DNA of 18,142 nt from Azolla caroliniana (GCA_043228905.1 JBHGNT010000663.1:1-18142); one strand, 5' to 3'; positions 1-18,142 are shown, numbered from the stretch's first letter. The notes: generated by a model from the letters alone, not told the origin. Numbers and translations: made by a program.

Positions 1-924
1 AGCACACAAAATCCTTAGAGGTGTAAGGCAGGGATGTGTCTTCTCCCCTCTTCTCTTCAACATCCACACTGAAAGCATATTCCAAGATGCTCTAGAGGAA
101 CAACAATTAGGCATTAAAGTGAACGGAACATGGATAAATAATATCAGATATGCAGATGACACAGTCCTAATAGCAGACAACATGAACGACCTCCAAAGTC
201 TCCTAAACACGGTCGGAAGACACAGCCAACGAATGGGAATCAACATCAATACAAAAAAGACGAAATTACAGATAATTACCCGCAACCCAGAGGACTTCAG
301 GAATGCAAAACTAACATACAATAATGAGGACATTGAGCGGGTGAAAAAGTTTAATTATCTAGGAACTTGGTTATGTGAAGACTGGTCATCAGACGTAGAG
401 ATAAAGTGCCGAATAGAGAAAGCAAGGGCCTCATTTATGAAATTTAAAAACGTTTTTACGAACCCAGACTTTAACCTCGACCTCAGACTGAGATTCGCAA
501 AATGCTACGTATGGTCGGTGCTATTGTATGGCATGGAGAGTTGGACGTTGAAGGTGACCACCATGAATAGGATGGAGGCGTTCGAGATGTGGATCTACCG
601 CAGGATCATGAAAATTCCATGGACGGCACGAAAGATGGGAGGAGACCGGGAGTTGCTAAGCACGATTAAACGCAGAAAAACGGCATACCTGGGACATGTG
701 ATTCGCAATGAAAGATACCATTTGATTCAGCTGATAATGGAAGGAAAGATAGAAGGCAGGAGAGGGATAGGCAGGAAAAAGATGTCGTGGCTTCGGAATA
801 TAAAACAGTGGACGAACATAAGGAACACAGGAGAACTAATTCACAGCATCGGAGACAGAGTTAAATGGTCGGAAATGATCGCAAACATCCAGTAATGGAT
901 TGCAGTGGAAGAAGAAGAAGAAGA
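1..924 (+). mobile_element. RTE-clade non-LTR retrotransposon, 3' part (cut by window edge)
   Basis: Frame open 2-895: RGVRQGCVFSPLLFN, RYADD, FNYLGTW, R..K..YLGHV.R, GRR.IGR. Very short 3' UTR, then (GAA)5 tail at 908-924, typical of RTE elements. Confidence 0.92.
2..895 (+). CDS. RTE reverse transcriptase, C-terminal fragment
   Basis: ORF 119-895 extends without a stop to position 2; RT catalytic YADD present. About 8 aa shorter at WTAR^KM than the RTE at 15778-16753. Confidence 0.8.
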   Translation, partial: AHKILRGVRQGCVFSPLLFNIHTESIFQDALEEQQLGIKVNGTWINNIRYADDTVLIADNMNDLQSLLNTVGRHSQRMGININTKKTKLQIITRNPEDFRNAKLTYNNEDIERVKKFNYLGTWLCEDWSSDVEIKCRIEKARASFMKFKNVFTNPDFNLDLRLRFAKCYVWSVLLYGMESWTLKVTTMNRMEAFEMWIYRRIMKIPWTARKMGGDRELLSTIKRRKTAYLGHVIRNERYHLIQLIMEGKIEGRRGIGRKKMSWLRNIKQWTNIRNTGELIHSIGDRVKWSEMIANIQ

Positions 925-1354
925 TTGCGACAAGTTTTTTAAGACCTCATATCAATGTAAATTGTGATTTTCCAAGACTCCCAACTAATACCCAGTATTT
1001 CGAATGATATGTGTATCTTTTAGGTAAATTTTGGTTTTTGAAACTAATATCAAACCAAAAGAAGAAACCAAAGCTTAAAAAATATATAAACGACAAACTA
1101 TATATCTACCCACATCATTTAAAATTTTAATTAAAGAACAACAAAGACAAATAACTGATTTACTTGACCTAAATCCCACAATTTTTTTTATGGTCTTCTA
1201 AAAACCACACAAATGTTGTTTTTTAAGTAAAATAAGTGCAGTATTTTTTTTCTCCCAAGCAAGCAAAAAAACTGCTTGAGACATTTTTAAATTCATAGAT
1301 GAACCTATGGTTCTTCTATGATTAAAAAGAAAAATAATTTTATGAAATGGATGT

Positions 1355-1522
1355 AAACACCATGGGATTTCACAAAATAAATATATACTGTTAATAGTGA
1401 CAACTTACCAATCAAATATATTACAAGTGGCGGAAGATCGTGAGCAGACAGATGTCATTTACACCGATTTTTCGAATGCCTTCGACAGGGTAGACCGAGA
1501 GAGCATTTTACATAAGTTTTAA
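1355..1522 (+). mobile_element. Degenerate CR1/L2-type LINE reverse transcriptase fragment
   Basis: From 1445 translates QTDVIYTDFSNAFDRVD, matching the QVD.IYTDFSKAFD.V RT motif; a broken QHGF-like remnant lies near 1360. Confidence 0.65.
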
Positions 1523-3054
1523 CACCATAAAATAGGTTGATATTTTGACGTTCTGTTCACCCTGTATATATTAAATAGTATTTAGACTACTGATTGTCAT
1601 TGTCAAATTCAGGACAGATTTAATAAATAAAGCAAATTAGTTTTTGTAAACTGGAGACCCGCAAAAAGACCAAAAAATGCTCTAAAATAAAAGTGTAGGT
1701 AAAATTATACAGTATTCTAGTCTTTCATTTGACCTTAAAAACTCGTTTATGCAATTATATTATAGACTTTCTAAATGTATACAAAGTAAAAAATTAATAG
1801 TCGATTAAAATAAATACCATACATTTCGTGAAGTTAAATTTTATATTGATTACCTTCTAAATATTTCTAAAGTAAAGAAATAATTAAAAATCGATTAATG
1901 TAGTTAACGTTTAACGTGCTGCTGTGTTTCTTAAAATTATAATAAACTTATCTTTATTTATATGTAGAAGAATTCATTCATAAGCGAACAAATGATGCAA
2001 TATTTACAAAATATTACCTGAAGTTTGGCTGTTGAGAATACTGTTACCTGCTTGGAGGTGTGTTAATACTGGTGACGTAAGGAACACACCTCCAAAACAC
2101 ATTTAAAATTGAAGATTACAGTTTTTTTGTAAACACGTAAATAAAAAAATATACAGGGTTTTCTTAAGGACAACTAATATAGTTGGGAGGTTTTTTATAA
2201 ATATAATTATTTCACCCTAGTAAAGTACCTAAAATATGAATATTTTTAGAATAGAACGTCAAGTCTCTTTAGTCGTATTTTCTCTTGGACATTCTGTACA
2301 ACATTCTTGACAAGTTGTGAGTGATTGAGCTTAACACTGAACCTGGTGTTAATATTCATAAAGTTTTACTGGAAAGCTGCTGAAGTATGATTATATACTC
2401 AGATATCTATTTTTCAATTTTTCACTTCGAGATTAGGGGGATTCTTCTTGAAGTTTGGAAATTTTATTATGTGACTTGTATCTTTGAGGGCACTAGTAAA
2501 GGTGCTAAATACATTAACACCTAAGTCGTTAAATCAATTATCAACAATGAATTGGTTAGAATTGTTTTATAACTAATATTTTAAAGTTTATGTGGATTTG
2601 ATTCTATATAAACGGTCTCTTCCAAGGCTTTCGACAGAGCTGACCTTAGCAAATCCCAAAACATTGCTAGAAAATCATAAACATTTTTAACAATATCTGA
2701 AATTCAATACAAAGAATAAAATGGGATAATTTTAGTATAGCATTTAAGGTACCAAGAACTACAGAAAAAAAATGAAACTGCCTACATAATGATGAATAAA
2801 GATTATTGTATTGTTATTCCTATTCCAAAAATTAAATCATGATGGCATCCTTACCTTTAAGAAAAAATAAAAATTTGCAGGCAATTTTCTTCGTTTGTCA
2901 AAATGTATTCGTAAGTAAAAATATTGTTTATTTTTGGAATTTTTGTGTATTGTAGGCGGAATCCCAAGAGTTACCGAAACGTTAAAAATTGTAGGATTAG
3001 TTATTGATAATGTAATGTTGTCAAGGAACATATCGCACAATTAAATAACACTAC

Positions 3055-4000
3055 AATATTTTTTTCGCACTTTTGACACAAAAAGTTCACCTTTTATCCC
3101 TAATTTTAGAGAGTAAAGTGTCACTTTTTATCTCAAGGGACATAAAGTAAAAAGCGGGACAAAAAGTGACAGGAGGGATAAAAAGTGAATGCTATGGAAA
3201 CGAATTTATTAATTAAATAGTTATAATAGTTACAAAAATAATATATACAAAAAAAATATGTGTACAGTTCGTACACATAATCTAGTGTAATAAAAATAAG
3301 TATCTCACCTTTATTAATAAATATTCTTCATCAGACGCCTCAGTCAGAAATTTTTGAACCTGGTCTGCATCCAAAGTTTTTGATTTCTTAGCACTATAAC
3401 CATCGTTCTTTCTTTTTAGAAATGCTGTTAATTTTAAAAATTTACGGATATCCAGGTTTTTTTCTAAAATAAGTTTGGATTTTACCATTGAATAATGTGA
3501 CCACAACGTTGAAGCTTTAAATTCTTTTGATTTTTCATAAAAATATGCAAGCAGCACGTCTTCGTTCAAGTTTTCAACAGTTTTGCTGGCACACCATTCG
3601 TTAAACTTTCTATATTGCTTCTCATATACTTCCCTCGATTTTTTTAAACTCTGAAAAACGCATACGTATTTATGAAAGATTGACTTGTTGACTTATTGCA
3701 ATTATTACCTCTAAGTCGCCATGGTAATGAATTCCAAAACTCACTTCAGTTATTTATCGTATGTTAGCAATGTAACCAAGCAATGTTTGGACATATTATC
3801 GCTTTTAGTAAATTGCAAATTTTTCTCGTATTTATTTGGTAAAAATACTTCAAAAGTGAGAAAAATAGTATATAAACCTCTGGACTAAAGTCTCTTTTAA
3901 TCCCCTGGCGAATTGTAGCCCTCCCTTCGGTCGGGCTACAAACTTTTCGCCCCGGGATAAAAAGTGACACTTTAGTCCCTTGGTGTATAATATACTATTT
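3055..4000 (-). mobile_element. Crypton-type (tyrosine recombinase) DNA transposon, internally deleted
   Basis: Minus-strand fragment KSREVYEKQYRKF..W..NEDVLLAYF..KASTLWSHYSM..KL.AFLKR..GY.AKKSK.L resembles the N-terminus of insect Crypton recombinases; terminal ~138-bp palindrome 3863-4000; repeated GGGATAAAAAGTGA-like motifs at both ends. Boundaries approximate. Confidence 0.7.
3309..3650 (-). pseudogene. Crypton tyrosine recombinase N-terminal coding fragment
   Basis: Open frame 3650-3309 ending at AAG|GTGAGA (donor-like); the catalytic R-H-R-Y domain is absent. Confidence 0.65.
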
Positions 4001-4393
4001 AGAGCTAGCATTGTCATTTTTTCACAATCTACAAAGATTGGGGTACAATATTTGTTGGTGGTTTTTGATGGCAAAATATAAAAAAAAATCTACTTGACCA
4101 TTTTATAGCCAACAAATATTATTATAGCCGATGACGATATAGTTAAATGACAGTAGAACAATCTAACTTCGTTTAGACTATACCTACGGTATTTTTTTAA
4201 AATACCAAAAAACAGCCTAATAATCGTAGCCACATAAATCATTGAATTAAATAAAACGCAACAAATTATACATTCTCAGCAAAATCTGTTTTTCTATTAA
4301 GAAATTCATGAATATTTTTACGTTCATCAAAATAAAAACCAATTGTGCCGTGCAGAACCATAGGACAGTGTCGTTCCTTCTTTGTCGCGGAAG

Positions 4394-4429
4394 TATAAAA
4401 GTAGAGAGTTGCGTGTTTCAGTTTCAGTT
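4394..4429 (+). promoter_or_regulatory. Core promoter of Hpd: TATA box plus initiator
   Basis: TATAAAA at 4394-4400; arthropod Inr TCAGTT at 4418-4423 and 4424-4429, 26 and 32 nt from the TATA T; ATG|GTACGT follows at 4456. Confidence 0.75.
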
Positions 4430-4455
4430 GTTTGTCATAGTGGTACTATGTGACT

Positions 4456-13899
<9,444 letters not shown>

Positions 13900-13916
13900 A
13901 TATTATTTTAATTTTA

Positions 13917-13922
13917 AATAAA
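13917..13922 (+). terminator. Candidate Hpd polyadenylation signal (second AATAAA at 14011-14016)
   Basis: AATAAA 18 nt after the stop; the AT-rich context makes chance hits likely. Confidence 0.45.
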
Positions 13923-14194
13923 AGAAAACCTCATCGAAATATAATATTTTATAAGTTAGGCTAAAATGTATAAGTTTTTAATCATGATATATAAGAGTAG
14001 AATAAGTTAAAATAAAAGAAATATCATCCACAAATCTTAGGTCTATGTAAAACAAATGCTGAGTCAAGTTAGGAGTAGAATAGGATTTAAGATTATAATA
14101 AGTTTAGATTTTACAGATTTAATGTTACATTAATATATATCCCAGTGGTTGTACTGAGTCTTTATGGAAATATTTTTAGATGTTTATATTACTC

Positions 14195-14200
14195 TTTATT
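14195..14200 (-). terminator. Candidate CtIP polyadenylation signal
   Basis: AATAAA on the minus strand ~110 nt after the TGA. Confidence 0.45.
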
Positions 14201-14310
14201 AAAATAAGCTTGGTAAAAAATATAATACATTAATTTAACCTTTTAGTATATATAACAATATTTTTAACGTTTAAACACAAGAAAAAAAATATAAAAATTG
14301 GAATGTTCCA

Positions 14311-14360
14311 TCAATCTGGCTTTTCTGTTTCTTGAGTTTTTATGTTCATATCCCAGTAAC
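14311..14360 (-). CDS. CtIP: CtIP last exon (GYWDMNIKTQETEKPD*)
   Basis: ttttatttag|GT TAC TGG...TGA on the minus strand. Confidence 0.85.
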
Positions 14361-17328
14361 CTAAATAAAATTTTAAATTAAGAAAATAAATACAATACAT
14401 TTTTAAACACAAAGCTGGTATCGAAAGGTGTCGTTTTCTTTGCCGAAATGATTTGAAAACATTAGGAATGTCGTACGAAAAAATTTAACAATATAAAGTT
14501 TGGTAGAAAACAGGATGAATATCTCTCAAAAATTCACATACTTAATCAATATTTGCTGGCATCAAACAGTTTAATCGCTAAATGTCCCTTTATTGCCTTG
14601 ATTTCTACCGTTAATGGTAGATAGCGCGTCAGGCCAATTTTAAACTGTTTGATGCCAACAAATATTGGTTAAGTATAGTAACTTTTGAGAGACATTCATC
14701 CTTTGATTAGTTTGCCTGATGAAAACTGACATAGTTCGAAACCGGTAGTAAGATGTTGGAATGAAAAATCTCTCAAATATAGGTTTGATTTTTTTATCAA
14801 ACTGTATGTTCTTGCTCAAGTATGAAGCGCAACATTCCCAGTGTTTATAACACGTTTCTGACGAAATCTCGGTTTATGACAGATTTCGTACAAGTTTGGT
14901 TCTGTCGTTAGATGTCTCTGTCTCGCCTTGATTTGTGCCGTTAACGGTAGATGGCGCGTCAGACCAATTTTAAACTTCACGTAGTTCACAAGATATCTCG
15001 GCGATAAGATTGAATTGTGTTTTTTGGTCTATAATAAGATATTTTAGACCCATTGAGTTTGTTATAAATAAATACTGTTCTTTAGAATCCCTAAACAACG
15101 AAAATTACATTTAATAATTTAGTTTCAACAATTATTATTCTCGATATTTAATTGTTAGTTTTTATAAACTTACCTGGTAAAGTGTCTTCTCTGGGTCTGA
15201 AGTATCCCCTGTGCTTTGAGCATTTATTGAGGGCTAGGATCTCATCCGGATGCAAACCTTGGTTAACATAAAACTAGAATAGAAAATTTTTATAATTAAA
15301 TTTATAAAGTAAAATTTTGGTTGTTAAAAATGACCTATATATGTTGTATAATAAACATAACTTACCCGTTCACAGTCTTTGCAGGACCAGCCTGGCAAAT
15401 TTTTCCTGGCTTTGCCTCTAACTACAGGTTCGGCCACCAACTGATGATCTGGTACTCTAAAACCGATTATATTTAAATAAATAATGACCAATCATTCCCA
15501 TGATAATATCACAATTAAACAAAAAAAATTATATCAAAATAAAGTATTTTTACTTTTGTGCTTTCGCAAAAAATTCATTCAGTTCTTCTTGAAACATTTG
15601 GTCTTTTTTTGTATTTTCTTCCATGTCAAAATTTTCAGCCCTAAAAATTTATATTTAATATATATTTGTTTGACAAAAAAAAGTATATTACTAATATTTG
15701 CAGCGTTTTAAAATTCTCTGTATATATATATTTGTGTCGTTACATCGAAAGTCACTTTTTGTTAAGTACCTGTTCATTATTAACCTATACTGGAACCAAT
15801 CTGCAAACATAAAGATCGAAGGAGAACTTTCGGATTCGGTTGAGATAAAACGCGGTGTACGCCAGGGTTGCATACTTTCTCCATTGCTATTCAACATTTA
15901 TTCCGAACGTATATTTAGCGAGGCCCTGGACGAATCACGGGAGGGTATAATGGTCAATGGCGAACGTCTTAATAACTTTAGATATGCAGATGATACCAAA
16001 GTGTTCGCAGACAGTCTGCAGAACCTACAAGCCCTGGTCACGAACATAGCGGAAGTAAGCCAAAGATACGGCCTGGACCTTAATGTTAAAAAAACGAAGT
16101 ATATCGTCATAAGCAAGAATACAGCTCCACCAGGACAACTAATGGTAAACCAGCAACAAGTAGAACAGGTCAGGTCATATACCTATCTGGGCAGCAACAT
16201 TAATGAACAGTGGGACCACTCGGTTGAAATTAGATGCCGAATAGAAAAAGCGAGATCCACCTTCGCAAAAATGCAAACTCTGTTCAAAACCAGTGACCTC
16301 GACTTGGGCACTAAAGTGAGGTTATTGCGTTGTTATGTTTTCTCTGTACTGCTCTATGGTGTAGAGTCCTGGACCTTGACCGAGGCATCAACAAAGAAGC
16401 TTCAAGCCTTTAAGATGTGGCTATATAGGCGCATTCTTAAAATTCCTTGGATAGATCATGTGACCAACGAAGAGGTTCTGCGAAGAATGAATAAACAGGC
16501 AGAGATAATTGTTACTATTAAACAAAGGAAACTGGAATATCTGGGTCACATTATGAGAAATGAAAAACGTTATGGATTACTACAGCTTGTCTTACAAGGC
16601 AAAATACCGAGCAAACGAGGTCCTGGGCGAAGGAGAATTTCATGGTTAAAAAATCTGAGGACTTGGTTTTCCACGACGACAACAGGATTGTTTCGGGCTG
16701 CAGTTAATAAGGTCCAGATCGCAATGATGATCGCCAACATCCGAAATGGATAGGCATTGGAAGAAGAAGACCTGTTCATATTTTGAATGAAATAAAAAAT
16801 CATCAGCATCTATGGTTAGTAAAATGGTTTGCCTATGAGGATTTACAAAAGCATATGCTATACAAAAGGAAATATTAGGATTTCTTAAAAATAGCCCACT
16901 AAATTAAATGTAAGCTGAATTATCATTTAAAACTCCTGGGCGAAGGTAGGTACCTTTTTTTCCTTCATTGGTAGGACTGTCTATACAATTTGTCTAAAAA
17001 ATTGCTTATTTGCAGTGGTATATCCAAATGTAACTTAACCGATATGTCAAACCTTTTATGTATTAAATATGGTTTTTCCATTTTCTAGTATTTTATTAAG
17101 TCAGGTGGCTAACGGAAAATAGAACCTTACCCGCCTTCGTTGGTGCTACCCTTTGCCTCAAAATTTGAAATGTTTTCTTTGCAGTGCTCGTCTAAATCTA
17201 AATTTGACATATCAACGGTGTCTTTGTTTATGAAACTGACCATCCTTGTCAGACCCATTTTGCTAGATTTTTCTGTACCAACGGCGTCAAAATAAGTTTC
17301 ATCAGAATCATTAGCCCCTTCATTTATC
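14311..17328 (-). CDS. CtIP: CtIP/Sae2/Ctp1 DNA end-resection factor, 3' exons; complement(join(14311-14360,15174-15273,15366-15456,15554-15640,17131-17328)); 5' exons outside the sequence
   Basis: Phase-consistent GT-AG splicing gives ..EPVVRGKARKNLPGWSCKDCERFY..LNKCSKHRGYFRPREDTLPGYWDMNIKTQETEKPD*, matching the SAE2/CtIP C-terminal domain (VVR...R..L.G..CxxC..YY...CSRHR....TP..FW....TQ). Confidence 0.88.
14512..14976 (+). mobile_element. Fold-back element with direct repeats and hammerhead motif (Penelope/retrozyme-like)
   Basis: 63-bp inverted arms 14512-14574 and 14640-14702; ~70-bp direct repeat 14576-14646 and 14906-14976; hammerhead core at 14712-14751. Confidence 0.55.
14712..14751 (+). 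ncRNA. Minimal type I hammerhead ribozyme motif
   Basis: TTGC-CTGATGA-AAACT-gacat-AGTTC-GAAA-CCGGTA-GTAA: both core boxes, stem I TTGC/GTAA, stem II AACT/AGTT, palindromic ACCGGT stem III, GUA cleavage triplet. The 10.1:11.1 pair is A-C instead of G-C. Confidence 0.7.
15174..15273 (-). CDS. CtIP: CtIP exon (FYVNQ...CSKHR...DTLP)
   Basis: ttctag|TTT...G|gtaagt. Confidence 0.88.
15366..15456 (-). CDS. CtIP: CtIP exon (EPVVRGKARKNLPGWSCKDCER; CxxC)
   Basis: ttttag|A...CGG|gtaag. Confidence 0.88.
15554..15640 (-). CDS. CtIP: Probable CtIP exon (AENFDMEENTKKDQMFQEELNEFFAKAQK)
   Basis: tttttag|G...AA|gtaaaa; open, phase 2-2; no conserved motif. Confidence 0.7.
15778..16769 (+). mobile_element. 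5'-truncated RTE-clade LINE in a CtIP intron (antisense to host), 10-bp TSD
   Basis: Uninterrupted RT frame (KRGVRQGCILSPLLFN, RYADD, YTYLGS, YLGHIMR), stop at 16753, GAA tail 16760-16769; TSD ACCTGTTCAT at 15768-15777 and 16770-16779. Confidence 0.95.
15779..16753 (+). CDS. RTE reverse transcriptase C-terminal fragment (no native start)
   Basis: Element-derived part of ORF 15698-16753; the first ~27 codons of that ORF are host intron read-in. Confidence 0.75.
   Translation: MNLYWNQSANIKIEGELSDSVEIKRGVRQGCILSPLLFNIYSERIFSEALDESREGIMVNGERLNNFRYADDTKVFADSLQNLQALVTNIAEVSQRYGLDLNVKKTKYIVISKNTAPPGQLMVNQQQVEQVRSYTYLGSNINEQWDHSVEIRCRIEKARSTFAKMQTLFKTSDLDLGTKVRLLRCYVFSVLLYGVESWTLTEASTKKLQAFKMWLYRRILKIPWIDHVTNEEVLRRMNKQAEIIVTIKQRKLEYLGHIMRNEKRYGLLQLVLQGKIPSKRGPGRRRISWLKNLRTWFSTTTTGLFRAAVNKVQIAMMIANIRNG
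17131..17328 (-). CDS. CtIP: Probable CtIP exon (INEGANDSDETYFDAV...STNEGG)
   Basis: ttttaag|G...GG|gtaagg; 198 nt open, phase 2-2, acidic and disordered composition. Confidence 0.68.
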
Positions 17329-17605
17329 CTTAAAATTTATAATAAATAAGAATTACTCCAAACTGTCTGAAACATGATACATATTTATATTTCGAACTAG
17401 AAAGAAAATTGATTAATCATATTGGTGTCAAATTCTGCCTATGAGCAGTTTAGAATTATCTATCTCACAGTCATATTTTAAAATTATGGGCTCAGGGTAC
17501 AATCCTTATAAATGGGTACCTGCAGTACCAAAGTTCTGTGAGTATGGGTGACAGCAGATAAGTACTTGAGAGAACCAAATTTTGACAGCTTCCCAAAAAA
17601 TTTCA

Positions 17606-17645
17606 AGTACTCTGGCGTTGATACCACTGCTTATCTCTCTCAACA
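17606..17645. other. Sequencing adapter: reverse complement of SMART/PacBio amplification primer, then SMRTbell adapter start
   Basis: 17606-17632 AGTACTCTG(G)CGTTGATACCACTGCTT is the reverse complement of AAGCAGTGGTATCAACGCAGAGTACT with one extra G; 17633-17645 ATCTCTCTCAACA is the start of the SMRTbell hairpin. Confidence 0.95.
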
Positions 17646-18142
17646 GACAAAAAACAACAAAAAACAAGAATAATACAAAAATAAACACATAAACAGAAAA
17701 GAAAAGAAAAAATCAAAAAAACAGAAAACAAATACAAAAAATTACAAGAAAAAAACAGAAAAAAAAACAAAAACAAAGAAAATAAAAAAAGAAATAAAAA
17801 AAACAAAAGAAAAACAAAAAAAGAAATAAAAGAAAGGAAAAACAAATAAAGAAAAACATAACAAGAAAAAACAAAAGAGAAAAAATAACAAACATAAGAA
17901 CAACAAAAACATAAAAACAAACAAACAAACATAGCAATAAAGTAATAAGACATAAAACAAGAACAAAAAAAAAAAACAAAAGCATACAAACAGAATAAAG
18001 AACAAAAAAAAAGAAACAAAAAACAAAAAAGAAACAAGAACAAAAAAAGTAAAAAACAAAAAAAAATAACAAAAACAACAACAAGTAAAAAAAAACAAAA
18101 GAAAAGAAAAAAAACAACAAATAAAAACACAAAAAGAAAAAA
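17646..18142. other. A-rich low-complexity tail, most likely base-calling noise beyond the adapter
   Basis: Aperiodic A runs broken by single C/G/T, starting directly within the adapter sequence. Confidence 0.85.

Noticed and set aside
2150-2680. TACAGGG/CACCCTGTA-like MITE ends and scattered RT-like peptides (SKAFDR, DLGV)
   Set aside because: Too short and scrambled to define an element or its boundaries.
15698-15777. Hydrophobic N-terminus on the 351-aa RT ORF (possible domesticated fusion)
   Set aside because: It lies outside the element, in host intron up to the TSD, starts at TTG, and is chance read-in.
16934-16946. TCCTGGGCGAAGG identical to 16621-16633 in the RTE
   Set aside because: An isolated 13-mer with no extension; cannot be told from chance.
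16900-16993. Possible extra CtIP exon (TNCIDSPTNEGKK) after a tttttag acceptor
   Set aside because: Reads into a stop in the required phase 2; the flanking exons join in frame without it.
17012-17021. GCAGTGGTAT matching part of the PCR adapter
   Set aside because: Only 10 nt and the flanks disagree.
17603-18132. Three overlapping Phe/Leu/Cys-rich minus-strand ORFs resembling membrane proteins
   Set aside because: They are translations of A-rich noise beyond the sequencing adapter.

Overview
AT-rich eukaryotic DNA, most likely from an insect (beetle-like genes and transposons; this is inference). It holds two convergent spliced genes. On + is an 11-exon 4-hydroxyphenylpyruvate dioxygenase gene (Hpd/HPPD, CDS 4456-13899) with a TATA/Inr promoter; its exon 4 lacks the splice acceptor and first ~8 codons in this sequence. 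On - are the last five exons of a CtIP/Sae2 (RBBP8) homologue (17328 to 14311) with altered RHR and CDK-site motifs. Introns and flanks are packed with transposon pieces: two RTE LINEs, an RNase H-bearing I-group LINE with TSD inside a tandem repeat, a Crypton tyrosine-recombinase element, mariner/hAT/CR1 relics, and two Penelope-like fold-back elements, one with a minimal hammerhead ribozyme motif. From ~17606 on the sequence is not genomic: a PacBio/SMART PCR adapter, the start of a SMRTbell adapter, then A-rich noise. I found no convincing wholly new multi-gene system. The best leads are the Hpd exon-4 lesion, the hammerhead-bearing fold-back element and the CtIP motif changes.
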